The notes beneath the pieces are model-generated. The model made no database searches. It was not told the DNA's origin and saw only the letters and a list, made by a program, of their open reading frames with translations. A DNA stretch of 63,856 bases, counting the filler, from Octopus bimaculoides (lineage: Eukaryota), in the NCBI RefSeq assembly GCF_001194135.2. It is 4 parts of 4 records of this genome, joined end to end, with 100 filler letters (N's around TTAATTAATTAA, not from the genome) between each part and the next. Parts side by side here need not be neighbours in the genome. Positions count along the whole stretch, not along the records: positions 24,786 to 42,193 come from NC_068987.1; positions 42,294 to 60,925 come from NC_069002.1; 2 more parts are not named here. The stretch is one strand, 5' to 3'. Position numbers and translations under genes: made by a program. Positions 39,240-51,539 of this stretch are shown in pieces (position 1 is the stretch's first letter; each line of letters opens with the position of its first letter).

Positions 39240-39680
39240 TATAAACACTGAAAATTTAACTTCAATTGTCGTCATATATCACATCCAGATTATAATCTAA
39301 CTTGTAAGTTTCATAAAATTTGGCTATATTCCAAATGAAAGGAGAATATAAAGCTTTATGTACATCCAAAATTAGGTAAGACATAAGCGTATTTGAAATA
39401 TAAACCTTTGAAACATTATATGATTTATTTGATGTATAGAACAACATACATGTACAATAACGAATTTCTTAAGCACATTTTTTCCAGTTACGAACATTCG
39501 CAATACTACCTATCGGAGTCGACTTTTATAACAGCATCTGAACTGCATAACTTTATATGACTATTTATATACACGCACACATACATACATACATACATAC
39601 ATACATACATACATAATACATACATACATACGTACATTCACACATACATATATATATATATATTTATTTATACGTATATA

Positions 39681-39724
<44 letters not shown>

Positions 39725-40702
39725 TGTGTGTGTGTATGTGTGTGTGTGTGTGTGTATGTGTGTGTGTGTGAGTAGGTGTGTCGGTGTGTGTATGTATGTA
39801 TGTATGCATATATAGATATAGACATAAATATAGACATTTAGAAAGATAGGTAGATAGACATATTGAATAATGCATTCAATAAATTTATACAATTCAGACC
39901 ATGCTATAATAATAATTCTCTCAAATGGAGGGCATTTTGAACATTCCTAACTGGAAAAAATTACATATTCTATTGAATATGATATACTAGATAGAATCTT
40001 GCATATACGAAAATAATTATACTGAGTTGCACCTTGCATCATCAAATTTTTGATTAGCTTTCAGCCGCCATGATTTGGATACGTACGTTATTCTCATGCA
40101 AAAATGCCCTATGGGAAAATTTCACGTTAATATTTCAAACAATTCATTAAGTGTTTTATATAGATATATAGTTGAATAAATACGTTATATATTTTCGTTG
40201 ATACCGTAGACTGTATATGTTGATTGCAGCTTACACTTCTGCAGCCTGGTTCGGCGTTTCCTTGATCACATTCGATGCTTTTTCAGAGAATAATACCGTT
40301 AAGCAAATTACGTAGCAGTGTAACTGTTCAGTCTCTAATCATTTATGTTTGAAGCCTACACAACATTTTGATAGGTTTCTCGGAAATATATTCCCAAAAC
40401 AATAAGAATTATTTATCTTTACTAGCTGCTGTGGTGAAAACCTATCAACTCCGTGTATGAACTCATTTTCTGCAAGCATTAAAATCGGATACAAAGGATT
40501 TTCATTAGCCGAAATCATTATCTTAAGATATACGGCTTAAACCACAAATACCTAAGAACGTTCATGAAGAAGCACTGCAAAGTGGATACAAACACACGGG
40601 AATGTATGCACGGATACACATACATAATGTATATATAAAAGATAATAAGAGTGAAAAAACTACAGAAGGCTTGTGTTACTTGGTTAAAGTATATATTTAA
40701 AT

Positions 40703-40975
40703 TATGTCAGAAAAATGTCAGAGAAATGTTAGAAAAATGTTAGAAAATCTTTTTGGTATATAAACATTGTAGTTTGAGAAATAACCGGTTTCGTGTTGTC
40801 TTTTCAAATTTCTCTACTTCATTGTGTCGTGTTCGACTGGAGCGAACACGACACAATGAAGTAGAGAAATTTGAAAAGACAACACGAAACCGGTTATTTC
40901 TCAAACTACAATGTTTATATACCAAAAAGATTTTATAACATTTTTCTAACATTTCTCTAACATTTTTCTGACATA
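40703..40975. repeat. 133-bp-arm palindrome (7-nt loop); each arm carries a hammerhead relic
   Basis: Arms 40703-40835 and 40843-40975 with two mismatches; GAGAAAT-TTGAAAA-GACAACAC-GAAA-CCGG-TT-ATTTCTC at 40864-40902. Confidence 0.85.
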
Positions 40976-42237
40976 NNNNNNNNNNNNNNNNNNNNNNNNN
41001 NNNNNNNNNNNNNNNNNNNNNNNNNNNNNNNNNNNNNNNNNNNNNNNNNNNNNNNNNNNNNNNNNNNNNNNNNNNNNNNNNNNNNNNNNNNNNNNNNNNN
41101 NNNNNNNNNNNNNNNNNNNNNNNNNNNNNNNNNNNNNNNNNNNNNNNNNNNNNNNNNNNNNNNNNNNNNNNNNNNNNNNNNNNNNNNNNNNNNNNNNNNN
41201 NNNNATATATAAAGTGGGAGGAAATAAATATTCCTACATATCAAAATTCTTTATTTATTTAATTTCTAATGAATACAAATGAGATATACCTATACTATGT
41301 TTGCATACACATGCATAAACTAAGAATATGCAAAAGAAACTAATAAATTATAGTAACTAATGAATTTATATACATAAATTATGTTTACGAAATATAGGAT
41401 TTAATATCAACAAGAATAGGAATAACAGGAAATTAAAAATCAGAAGTTTAATGATAGAAGTAAATTGAGAACAGAATGAAGTAATTAATAGAAGCAATAT
41501 TATTTGGTATGATAGATGGGAATAGATCGAAATATATAAGCATAGAACAATAATATTGGTATGCATAAGGTAGAATAGTTTTGTACATACACATACATGA
41601 TATATTAAAACAATGTCATATCAATATTGTTAGTAACTAAATATACTCGAAATTTGAATAAACATTATATATAAACAGTGAAATATATTTATCAGTGGTG
41701 TAAACACCCATTTATGTCCATCACACTTTCTCGCTCTATATAAACATTTACAATATGAACATATCATTCAGAGTACTGCCAAAATGCTGTCTGGATTTAC
41801 ATGGGATTTTAACAATTTTATTCCTTGTAAGCTGTAAATCTTCCCCGTCTAAAATATCCATACTTTGACTCGGACATGCTAACCGTCCGCTTGAATTTTC
41901 ATGAGAAACGGCTGTAAAACTTCAAATTCACCTTACCCCAATTAAATTATTCTAAATTAATTGAGATACACGTTCTGCGTTAGTTTTTATTTTATTTTTC
42001 CACTAATATAATATATACATGCTATAACGGAACCCTAACACGAATCCTTAGATCCAGTCTTAGCTGTGATCTTGGAACTTAACTGTCGACCAGCTGTAGC
42101 ACTTATCCAGTGTACCTATTCGTTTAAAATTCAAGTGAACTGAACTCCTCATACTCTCTCTCTCTCTATCTCTCTCTCTCTCTCTATCTCTCTNNNNNNN
42201 NNNNNNNNNNNNNNNNNNNNNNNNNNNNNNNNNNNNN

Positions 42238-42249
42238 TTAATTAATTAA
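42238..42249. other. Artificial TTAATTAATTAA spacer in a 100-nt gap
   Basis: 44 N + 12-mer + 44 N. Confidence 0.9.
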
Positions 42250-42639
42250 NNNNNNNNNNNNNNNNNNNNNNNNNNNNNNNNNNNNNNNNNNNNGAATATA
42301 ACGTAGCATGAATTTAGGAAGCTTAGAAAATAGAGAGGGCTCTTAATTGTAGATTTTAAATATTTGAGAGACAACAATGCATAAATCGTAATTTTTTTTT
42401 TAAAAGAGCAATGAATTCTGGGTGATTAGAATATAACGTAGCATGAATTTAGGAAGCTTAGAAAATAGAGAGGGCTCTTAATTGTAGATTTTAAATATTT
42501 GAGAGACAACAATGCATAAATCGTACAAAGTACCTAATAAAAGTCAATATTAATTCAATTTTGGGGGATTAATCGATATGAGGGTATTCTATTTCAGATA
42601 ATTCAAAAAATATGAAATTAGAAAAAGAATATCCCAACA

Positions 42640-42912
42640 CTACCAGACCTTTTGAAATCCCAATTTAAGTAAGTCTACAGGCTTAAGTAAATATATATGG
42701 GAATTAAAATCTAGAAAAAGAGAGTACACACTTAATTGGAGTATTATAGGTAGAGCCCACTCTTATAATATTGGGAATAAAATGTGTTTGTTATGCATAA
42801 CTGAATTTATGAAACTACTACAGTCTAGAGATGAATTATTAAACACATACGATGAATGAGGAGTTAACTGTAGGCACTGAAGTAAGTTTACATTTAGTAA
42901 AATGAAGTACTG
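42640..42912 (+). mobile_element. Penelope-like GIY-YIG C-terminal relic (third fragment)
   Basis: STGLSKYIWELK....YTLNWSIIGRA..Y..GNK.C.LC..E.......LLN...E....CRH..KF with in-frame stops. Confidence 0.8.
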
Positions 42913-43269
42913 AACCCCCAACCCCTGAATCAAATAACCACATAATTTTATTTCTAAAGCACTTGAATAGACTATATAAATAAATAAATAAAAATTTAAT
43001 AATGCAGTTATTTAAATTAAATATATGAATTAAATATCACTAAAATTATATAACAAATTATATATACCTCCCAATATAGGTAAATTTGAAAATAATAATA
43101 GAGGATAATTTAAAATTAAAACTATGTATAGTGTAATTACCCCACTTGGTACTAACCACCTATAAATACCCATAGTTCTCTGCTATCTTCTTCCTCTAAT
43201 CACCATTTTAGTACCAGACATTTTTATTCTGATATATAATCTTATATCTCACATTCTGTATTTGACATA

Positions 43270-43448
43270 TACTTGATTTGATAAAGAAAGGAACATGGCA
43301 AGTTCCCCTTAGAAAAACCCACAAGACTGTTCACAATGTTGAGGTCTTCACCCAGAGAAGTCTTGTAACATCTGGAACAATGCATCTAAGAATTCCACTT
43401 AGTCATTTCACTGACAACCTACAGGACTTGATCAGGACTGGCCTGGGG
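43270..43448 (-). pseudogene. Putative disrupted exon 5 of the SerRS-like gene
   Basis: After TTTAG: PQASPDQVL*VVSEMTKWNS*MHCSRCYKTSLGEDLNIV, resembling the SerRS segment P.....RVL..VG....H.E.GE.L.I as recalled; TAG at 43419-43421 and 43386-43388. Confidence 0.45.
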
Positions 43449-43479
43449 CTAAACAATGACAACAATGATGACAACTTAC

Positions 43480-43554
43480 TGTGTCTCTGTGTAGCACATT
43501 TGGTAACTTCAAACTTCGCATAATTACGGTTTCTTCCAGAATATTGAAATCAGC
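43480..43554 (-). CDS. Mitochondrial SerRS-family (SLIMP-like/SARS2-like) coding exon 4
   Basis: TTTCTTGCAG| ADFNILEETVIMRSLKLPNVLHRDT |GTAAGT; 75 nt, phase 0; contains the SerRS L.LPN..H motif. Confidence 0.88.
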
Positions 43555-43589
43555 CTGCAAGAAATAAGTAAAATAATTAAATAATTGGT

Positions 43590-44265
43590 TCAGGCATGGC
43601 TGTGTGATAAGAAGCTTACTTCCCAAACACGTGATTCTAGGTTCAGTCCCACTGTGTGGCGCCTTGGGCAAGTGTTTTCTACTGTAGACTTGAGTGAATT
43701 TGGTAGATGAAAACTGAAAGAAGCCCATTGTATATCATCATCATCATCATCATCATCATCGTTTAATGTCAGCTTTCCATGCTAGCATGGGTTGGACAAT
43801 TTGACTGAGGACTGGCAAGCCAGATGGCTGCACTAGGCTCCAATCTGATCTGGCAGAGTTTCTACAGCTGGATGCCCTTCCTAACGCCAACCACTCTGAG
43901 AGTGTAGTGGGTGCTTTAACGTGCCATTGGCACGAGGGCCAGTCACACGGTACTGGCAACAGCCACGCTCAAAATGGTGGTTTTTACGTGCCACCCGCAG
44001 AGGAGCCAGTCCAGTGATTTGTGTGTCTGTATTTGTCACTTGACAACCGATGTTGGTGTGTTTACATCCCTGTAACCTAGTGGTTCAGCAAAAGAGACCG
44101 ATACAATAAGTGCTAGGCTTACAAAGACTAAGTGCTGGGGTTGATTTGTTCAACGAAAGGCAGTGTACCAGCATGGCTGCAGTCAAATGACTGAAACAAG
44201 TAAAAGAATAAATGAATAACAAGTAAAAGAATAAATGAATAACAAGTAAAAGAATAAATGAATAA
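43590..44265 (+). mobile_element. tRNA-derived octopus-type SINE interrupted by an RTE-tailed repeat (43736-44012, - strand)
   Basis: Head GCATGGCTGTGTGATAAG..GTTCAGTCCCAC; tail with a 23-bp unit x3; inserted repeat with (CAT)n tail. Confidence 0.8.
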
Positions 44266-44269
44266 TTGG

Positions 44270-44712
44270 TAGGTTATCAGGTGACTGGCTAGCTTCCTGA
44301 AGTTGGTGTTGCAGAGCAACAAGCTATTTGCATCATAGAACTTCAGTAGCCTTATTTCCTCTTCGTTTCAGGAACCAATTCCATGGCCCCCATGTACACC
44401 ATGGAAGATACCGGGCTGCCACCTGACATGCCCATTGAAATCCCCAGCCATGAAGATGAGATCATTGTCACTCATCTTGGAGGTAGCCTGCAGAAGAATA
44501 TCATAAAAGTAGTCCTTCTGTTCATTTGGTAGGCCTGCTTGTGAGGCATAGGCAGAGATAATCGTTGCTATACTATTCTGCAAGACTAGCCTGAGCTTAA
44601 GTACTCCATCGCACACTCTGACTATCTCTATGACCTTATGGAAGTCTTCTGGTACAGAAGTGAAACAGAGCTCTATAGAAGTCTCCAGTATAATAGAAGA
44701 GATTTCTGGTAT
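44270..44712 (-). mobile_element. RTE-clade LINE apurinic endonuclease fragment
   Basis: IISAYA.QAGL....KDYFY..L......DLIFMAGDFNGHV....GVHGG.G.GSRNEE...LL.F. Confidence 0.85.
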
Positions 44713-45329
44713 NNNNNNNNNNNNNNNNNNNNNNNNNNNNNNNNNNNNNNNNNNNNNNNNNNNNNNNNNNNNNNNNNNNNNNNNNNNNNNGGAGGGGGTG
44801 GGAATGGGTGGGTGCATCATGGACAAGTAATGGCCAGCTTCGCCTCAGGAAACAGAAATAGCAGTAAGAAGACACTAGTGAGGCAGAGAGAGAGAGAGAG
44901 AGAGACTTGAAAGACTATCACTGGAGGAAATCATGACAAAAATGAGATAATAGTATTATATTGTAGTACTATATAGTAGTATTTTCTAGTGTAGTAGTAT
45001 GACGTAGTTTGAATTCAGTATTACATTTTGTCTCGGCCCATTCCTACATTCATTGAGGTATTAGTAGTAGAAAGAGCAACCGACTATAAAAACTACTCAC
45101 TGTAAAAATATACAGATATGAAAATTTGTGAAAAAAAAGCCCATCCCTCCTTTACATTTTAACAATGGAACAATTGTGCAAGTCAACAAGAAAAAGCAAA
45201 AAAAAAAGAGACATAATTAAAATAAAAATTCAATCAGTGACAGCTTTCACTTGTTGAAACATACAAGTATGCGCGCACAAACAACAAATACATACATATA
45301 AGGGTGGGTGGATAGGTAGGTAGGTAGTT

Positions 45330-45497
45330 ACACAATGTGTTTCTTTCAGTTTCAGTCTACCAAATCCACTCACAAGACTTTGGTCAGCCTGAGGCTACAG
45401 TAGAAGACATTTGTCCAATGTGTCACACAGTGGTACTGAACCCAGAACCATGTGATTGGGAAGCAAACTTCTTGCCACATAGCCATTCCTGCACCTA
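45330..45497 (-). mobile_element. SINE head fragment (family of 46005-46400)
   Basis: Reverse-complement match to the SINE 5' half. Confidence 0.75.
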
Positions 45498-46004
45498 TGC
45501 AAATTTTTTCTTAATGACTCAACAAATTCTCACTGAAATGAAAATGTTCGCATTGGGGGTGGGAGCTTTTTGGCAGAATCCAATCTGTTGCAAACATTCA
45601 AGGTACAGTCTTTGTTTCATAGACACTTCCCTCCCTCTTCCCATTTTTCTTGGTAGCTCTTAAAAAAAATGCATTATGGGTACTACTCTTCTCTTCCTTA
45701 CTAAATAGTAACCATTTTTTTTTTTTGTTCTGATATTTTTATAGTCACTCAATTGCAAAGATGTCCAATTCAGACTGACATACTCTCAAAAGTAAACCTT
45801 CTTCACTTCAGTTTAATCTTTTGAAACACAGTTAGTTAACCAGCTAGAAATAGCAATCAAATCTCTTTAGATTGGAATCCTTTAGATCGGTGTTTCTCAA
45901 CCATATTTTACCAAAGGATCCCTTAGATTCCTATTTTAGTCAGGTGGACTTCTATGGCCATTCAGTGATAATCCTATGATATTTTTATAATTAAATATTA
46001 TTAA

Positions 46005-46400
46005 GTGCAGGAGTGGCTGTGTGGTAAGTAGCTTGCTTACGAACCACATGGTTCCAGGTTCAGTCCCACTGTGTGGCACCTTGGGCAAGTGTCTTCTACT
46101 ATAGCCTCAGGCTGACCAAAGCCTTGTGAGTGGATTTGGTAGACGGAAACTGAAAGAAGCCCGTCGTATATATGTATATGTGTGTATATGTGTGTGTATC
46201 TGTGTTTGTCCCCGCAGCATCGCTTGACAACCGATGGTGGTGTGTTTACGTCCCTGTAGCTTAGCGGTTCGGCAAAAGAGACCGATAGAATAAGTACTAG
46301 GCTTACAAAGAATAAGTCCTGGGTTCGATATTTGCTCGACTAAAAGGCGGTACTCGAGCACAGCCAGTCAAATGACTGAAACAAGTAAAGGAGAGTAAAA
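46005..46400 (+). mobile_element. Full-length tRNA-derived octopus-type SINE
   Basis: GCAGGAGTGGCTGTGTGGTAAG, GTTCAGTCCC, internal microsatellite, AAGTAAA(G)GAG tail; related copies or parts at 48200-48355(-), 48388-48545(+), 54436-54797(-), 56322-56727(+), 57525-57917(-). Confidence 0.88.
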
Positions 46401-46443
46401 AGGAATTGTATTTAAAAAGTTGTTGAAATATTTTGTGTATCAA

Positions 46444-47500
46444 ACGAGGAAGAGTCAAAAATTATACACACTCTTTTGTGTAATTACATCAAAGAAACAA
46501 GAGTCATCATCATCATCATCATCATCGGAAAGCGGACGTTAAACGATGATGATGATGATGATGATGACTCTTGTTTCTTTGATGTAATTACACAAAAGCA
46601 GGGGATAGTACGTCATTTTTCTATATAGTCTCCTTCCTTTTCAATGCACTTGGACCAGCAGTCCACAAGCTTGCATGTTCCCTCCAAGAAGAAGGTTTCC
46701 AGCTGCACCACTTCCTTTACATCTTCATCCATAGGAAATTGAAAACCTTGTAAACCATCTTTGAGCAGTCCAAAGATATGATAGTTGGAAGGGGTGAGAT
46801 CTGAGCTGTAGGCAGGGTGTTCCAGCACCTCAAAAACTAATTGGTTAACGGTTTCAAGGGTCTGGGCAGTCATGTGTGGGCATGCATTGTCATGCAACAA
46901 CAAAACTTTCTTTGATAATAGGTTTTGGTGTTTAGTGCAAATTGCTGGCTTCAGTTTGTTAGCCAGCAAAGCACTGTATCTTATACTATTGATAGTACAC
47001 CCCTTTTCCAGGCAGTCTTCCTGTATAGACCCTTTTGAGTCCCAAAAAAGGGTTAGCATCACCTTTCCTGTGGAAGACTGAGTCTTAAATTTCTTTGTAA
47101 TTGGCAAGCCAGGATGTTTCCACTCCATACTCTGTCTTATGGATTCTGCCTCATAATGATGGACCTACATTTCAACTCCTGTGACTATTCTACTAAAATA
47201 TTTCTCACCTTCATTGTTGTAGTGATCGAGTAAATGTTCATAGATCTCAAGATGTTTGTGCTTGTGCTCTGCAGTAAGCTCTCTTGGCACTCATCTAGCA
47301 CAGACTTTATGGAAGCCGAGCTCATCGTGGATGATTTAATAGGCAGAACCATGACTAATCTGCAGAGAACAAGCTATCTCATCGACGATAAATCGCCGGT
47401 TCACCATTACCATCTCTTGAGCTTGCTGAATCTTCTCATCAGTGATGAGAAGATTTTTATCCAAATATTGCTTCTGGTTTCAATTGTTTTTAAGACAATT
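46444..47500 (-). mobile_element. Mariner (DD34D-type) transposase relic with one TIR
   Basis: RIVTG, KVMLTLFWDSKG, LLHDNACPH, HPAYSSDL.PSNYHIF; upstream HTH region with stops; TIR-like ACGAGGAAGAGTCAAAAA at 46444. Confidence 0.92.
46473..46598. repeat. Perfect 54-bp inverted duplication around an 18-nt retroelement tail
   Basis: Arms 46473-46526 and 46545-46598; core GGAAAGCGGACGTTAAAC. Confidence 0.9.
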
Positions 47501-47779
47501 TAGTCACGGCGATATAAAAGGAAAATGAATTGAATTAAAATAAATGAAATTCATCTTTAATAATATCAGTTATGGAAGTTCACATGTTCTTCCAGATTGA
47601 TTTCATTTATTTACAACCAGTAGCATATTTTAGTAAAAATGTCAATATTTTATTTCTCTCAAAATGTTGTCTTCTCTTTGTTTTTTTAGATGCACATTCC
47701 TGTGCACGTATACACACACAAACACACAAATACACTGTCAATGAAGTAACAACATTCTTTCAATCAAATATAAACTTAC

Positions 47780-47860
47780 ATTTAAAGTCTTTAAAAGCTG
47801 TCTCAGAGATTTCCCACGAGACTTCAGCAGCTCTTTTGATCGTTTGACATCTTCTGTTTC
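47780..47860 (-). CDS. Mitochondrial SerRS-family (SLIMP-like/SARS2-like) coding exon 3
   Basis: TGTGTTTTTAG| ETEDVKRSKELLKSRGKSLRQLLKTLN |GTAAGT; 81 nt, phase 0; second helix of the coiled-coil arm. Confidence 0.85.
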
Positions 47861-49339
47861 CTAAAAACACAAAGCAAAAAAAAAAAAGAATATGCATTTA
47901 TCTACTGTTGATGTTAGCAGTATCCTCATCATGATCATCACATTGTCTCTATTGGCTTGTGTTGGTGTGTGTAGCCCTCAAGTGTGATGTGCTTCATTTT
48001 AATATATTTCCATCCTTATACAGATCCCCTTTAATCAATATAGGCACAAGTGTATTAAAGTGTCACTCACAACTATCATGTGACATCAAGACAAAAAGAC
48101 ACAACATACAGACACACACACATATGTATTATATATAATGGGCAAATTATTTGAAAAATATGAATTATCCACATGACATTGTTATGGTTTTAAAATTCAA
48201 TCTAGTTGATGAAATTGGCCTCAGGACTTATACTTTGTAAGCCTAGTACTTATTCTATTGGTCTCTTTTGCCAAACTGCTAAGTTACAGGAATGTAGATA
48301 CAGCAACAATGGTTGTCAAGTGGTGATGGGAGGACAAACACAGACACAAAGACACACACACATTGATATATATATATATATATATAAGTGCAGGCATGGC
48401 TGTGTGGTAAAAAGCTTGCTTCCCAACCACATGGTTATGGGTTCAGTTCCACTGCATGGCACCTTGGGCAAGTGTCTTCTATAGCCTTGGGCCAACCAAA
48501 GCCTTGTGAGTGGATTTGGTAGATTGAAATAAGAAGAAGCCTGTCNNNNNNNNNNNNNNNNNNNNNNNNNNNNNNNNNNNNNNNNNNNNNNNNNNNNNNN
48601 NNNNNNNNNNNNNNNNNNNNNNNNNNNNNNNNNNNNNNNNNNNNNNNNNNNNNNNNNNNNNNNNNNNNNNNNNNNNNNNNNNNNNNNNNNNNNNNNNNNN
48701 NNNNNNNNNNNNNNNNNNNNNNNNNNNNNNNNNNNNNNNNNNNNNNNNNNNNNNNNNNNNNNNNNNNNNNNNNNNNNNNNNNNNNNNNNNNNNNNNNNNN
48801 NNNNNNNNNNNNNNNNNNNNNNNNNNNNNNNNNNNNNNNNNNNNNNNNNNNNNNNNNNNNNNNNNNNNNNNNNNNNNNNNNNNNNNNNNNNNNNNNNNNN
48901 NNNNNNNNNNNNNNNNNNNNNNNNNNNNNNNNNNNNNNNNNNNNNNNNNNNNNNNNNNNNNNNNNNNNNNNNNNNNNNNNNNNNNNNNNNNNNNNNNNNN
49001 NNNNNNNNNNNNNNNNNNNNNNNNNNNNNNNNNNNNNNNNNNNNNNNNNNNNNNNNNNNNNNNNNNNNNNNNNNNNNNNNNNNNNNNNNNNNNNNNNNNN
49101 NNNNNNNNNNNNNNNNNNNNNNNNNNNNNNNNNNNNNNNNNNNNNNNNNNNNNNNNNNNNNNNNNNNNNNNNNNNNNNNNNNNNNNNNNNNNNNNNNNNN
49201 NNNNNNNNNNNNNNNNNNNNNNNNNNNNNNNNNNNNNNNNNNNNNNNNNNNNNNNNNNNNNNNNNNNNNNNNNNNNNNNNNNNNNNNNNNNNNNNNNNNN
49301 NNNNNNNNNNNNNNNNNNNNNNNNNNNNNNNNNNATATA

Positions 49340-50470
49340 TATAATGGGTTCTGAAGATATAAAAAGCAAATGAAAAGAAAGAACCAAACTGGAGGAAGAG
49401 AATAAGAATGAAGCTGGAAAAGACAGAGAAAGAGCTGGGACAATTGAATAGGATAAAGGAGAGCTCAAGAATAAGGTAGCAATCAGAAAATGGAATGGAC
49501 AGTACAGGTTAGAAGAAAAGAGAAATCAAATGGTACATGAAGAATTCACACAAAAGGTGACAGTATTAAAGGCCAAATTGAAAAGATATGATGCTAGATG
49601 CAAAGGTTTTGAACAGAATAGACTGTGCCAATCAAATAGAAGGTGTCTATTTGAAGAAAAAGAAGGAAACCAATGTCAGGAACTGATTCCAGATGTGGAA
49701 GAAAGTAAAGAATTTTGAGGAAGGCCAGCAAAACACAAAGAAAACACAAAGTGATAAACAAACTTGGAAAGATAACTTGCAACTGTACCAAGACAAAAAA
49801 AATGCCGGAATTAACCTATATACAGTGAGACAGAAGTTTTTAAAAAATAGCAAATTGGAAAGAACCAGGCCCAGATAGAGTACAAGGCTATTGGCTGAAG
49901 AACTTTACACAGTTGGTTGAAAGGATTGTTGCCTGCAGCATGGTTACATCCCTGCCTGGATGACAAGTGGATGAACGATGCTATGCTTCAAGGAGCCCTT
50001 CGCATCAAATTTTTTACCTATAATCTGTTTACCACTAATGTAGAAGCTTATGACTGGTGTCTTAGCAGAAGAATCAATATAAAGAAACTTGACAGAGAAA
50101 CTAGGAAGTTGTTGACAATGTATGGAGCCCATTATCTGAAAGCTGATATCAACCAGTTGTACTTGAGGAGGGCCAGGGTGGAAGTGGCTTCATAGCAGTA
50201 GAAGAATGTGTACAGATGGAAAGAAAAAGTCTAGTAGAGTATTTACAGAGCAGTAAAGAAAATCTACTAATGACAGTTAATAAAGAACAGGTGATGAAGT
50301 ACATAATAGGAGAAAAGGACACGAAAGAAATACAACTTGTCAACAATAACTTGTTTTGAAGATATTTTAAAATGTGATATCCATCTCTTGGAAAAAGAAA
50401 TAAGGCTTAATATCACAAAGGGCAAGCATAGAAAAAAATAGATAAACACAAAAGAAAGGAACAAGTGAAA
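49340..50470 (+). mobile_element. Internally deleted R4/Dong-type LINE fragments
   Basis: LKAKLKRYD..C..FEQNRL, VQGYWLK.F, KLDRETRKLLTMYGAH..KAD...LYL.R; RT core missing. Confidence 0.8.
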
Positions 50471-51539
50471 GTTTTAAGATACATCTCGCAGATGCTCTAG
50501 GTTGCATCATTGCTAATGTTTCTAGGGTCCCAGGAGATTTGGGATCTTTCAGAATCAGAACCCCTTGCCCGGTTGACCCAACTTGCAGTTCAATGATGGC
50601 AGACCACTGGTCTTCCTTCTTCACCTAAAGCCATTTACTAGCCTTTGAATAAAATATCACCTCAACTACTGCAGAGCGGAATCTCGCTCTAAAGTTCATA
50701 TGCACTTAGCATTTCTTACAATCACTACCACCGCTTTTGTTTTCTTACTTTACCCTCTATCTATATGACAGGAGTGTGAAACACACAGCATTTTATTATG
50801 TAAGATATGGAGAAATATATGTCACCACACACACAAAGAAATATACACCACACAAATATGCGCACGCACACACACATACACACGAAGAAATATGCACCAT
50901 ACACACACATGTGGAAAGATACATCAGTACATATATATTACACATGTGGTTGCTTAGTTAAGAAATAGTTTACAATTGAATTGTTCATGTTCAGTCCACT
51001 GCACGACAACACCTCTCCACCACAGAATGCTTTGAGATTGTTTATTCAAACTCAAAAGTTAAGTCAATTACAATAAACTGGTGAAAATAATCATCTATGT
51101 ATTTCTGTATTTCAATTTAAAATAGAAAGTTTATCAAATCAAGATTTGATCACAGAGCAAAGCTGATGACTTAGGTTTCAGAAAAATTCAGATGAAGAAA
51201 CCTAAGAGGAGTTAATGACAGCAAAATCTAATAAACATCCTCTTTAAAGATAATTAGTAGTCATAAAATATCTATTAAATGTGACCTTGAATTTAAGAGT
51301 TTCTAATTTAAGAAGTCAGGAGCTACTGTAACCTATTTAGATTAAAAAAAAAAAAAAGAGAAGAAAGCAAACAACTGGATAACATTATCAAATGTTATAA
51401 GCTGACGATAGGTTTTAAATGATAAAGTTGACAAATGAAAACAGCAACCCACAGAGATAAAAGGCGAAGCTGACTTCACTAGGATTTGATCTTAGAATGT
51501 ATAGAGTCAAAAGAAATACTGCAATAGAGATTCTGCAAG

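Noticed and set aside
40230-40295. Candidate lectin exon (TYTSAAWFGVSL...)
   Set aside because: An in-frame stop follows within about 21 codons, there is no donor, and it lies beyond an artificial join.
46613-47128. Mariner ORF as a domesticated SETMAR-like gene
   Set aside because: Upstream stops, substitutions in core motifs, no SET domain, and 5' truncation.
51163-51206. CTGATGA followed by a CTTAGGTTTC/GAAACCTAAG hairpin
   Set aside because: No arrangement gives both stems I and II with a correctly placed GAAA; treated as a chance hairpin or a fully decayed relic.
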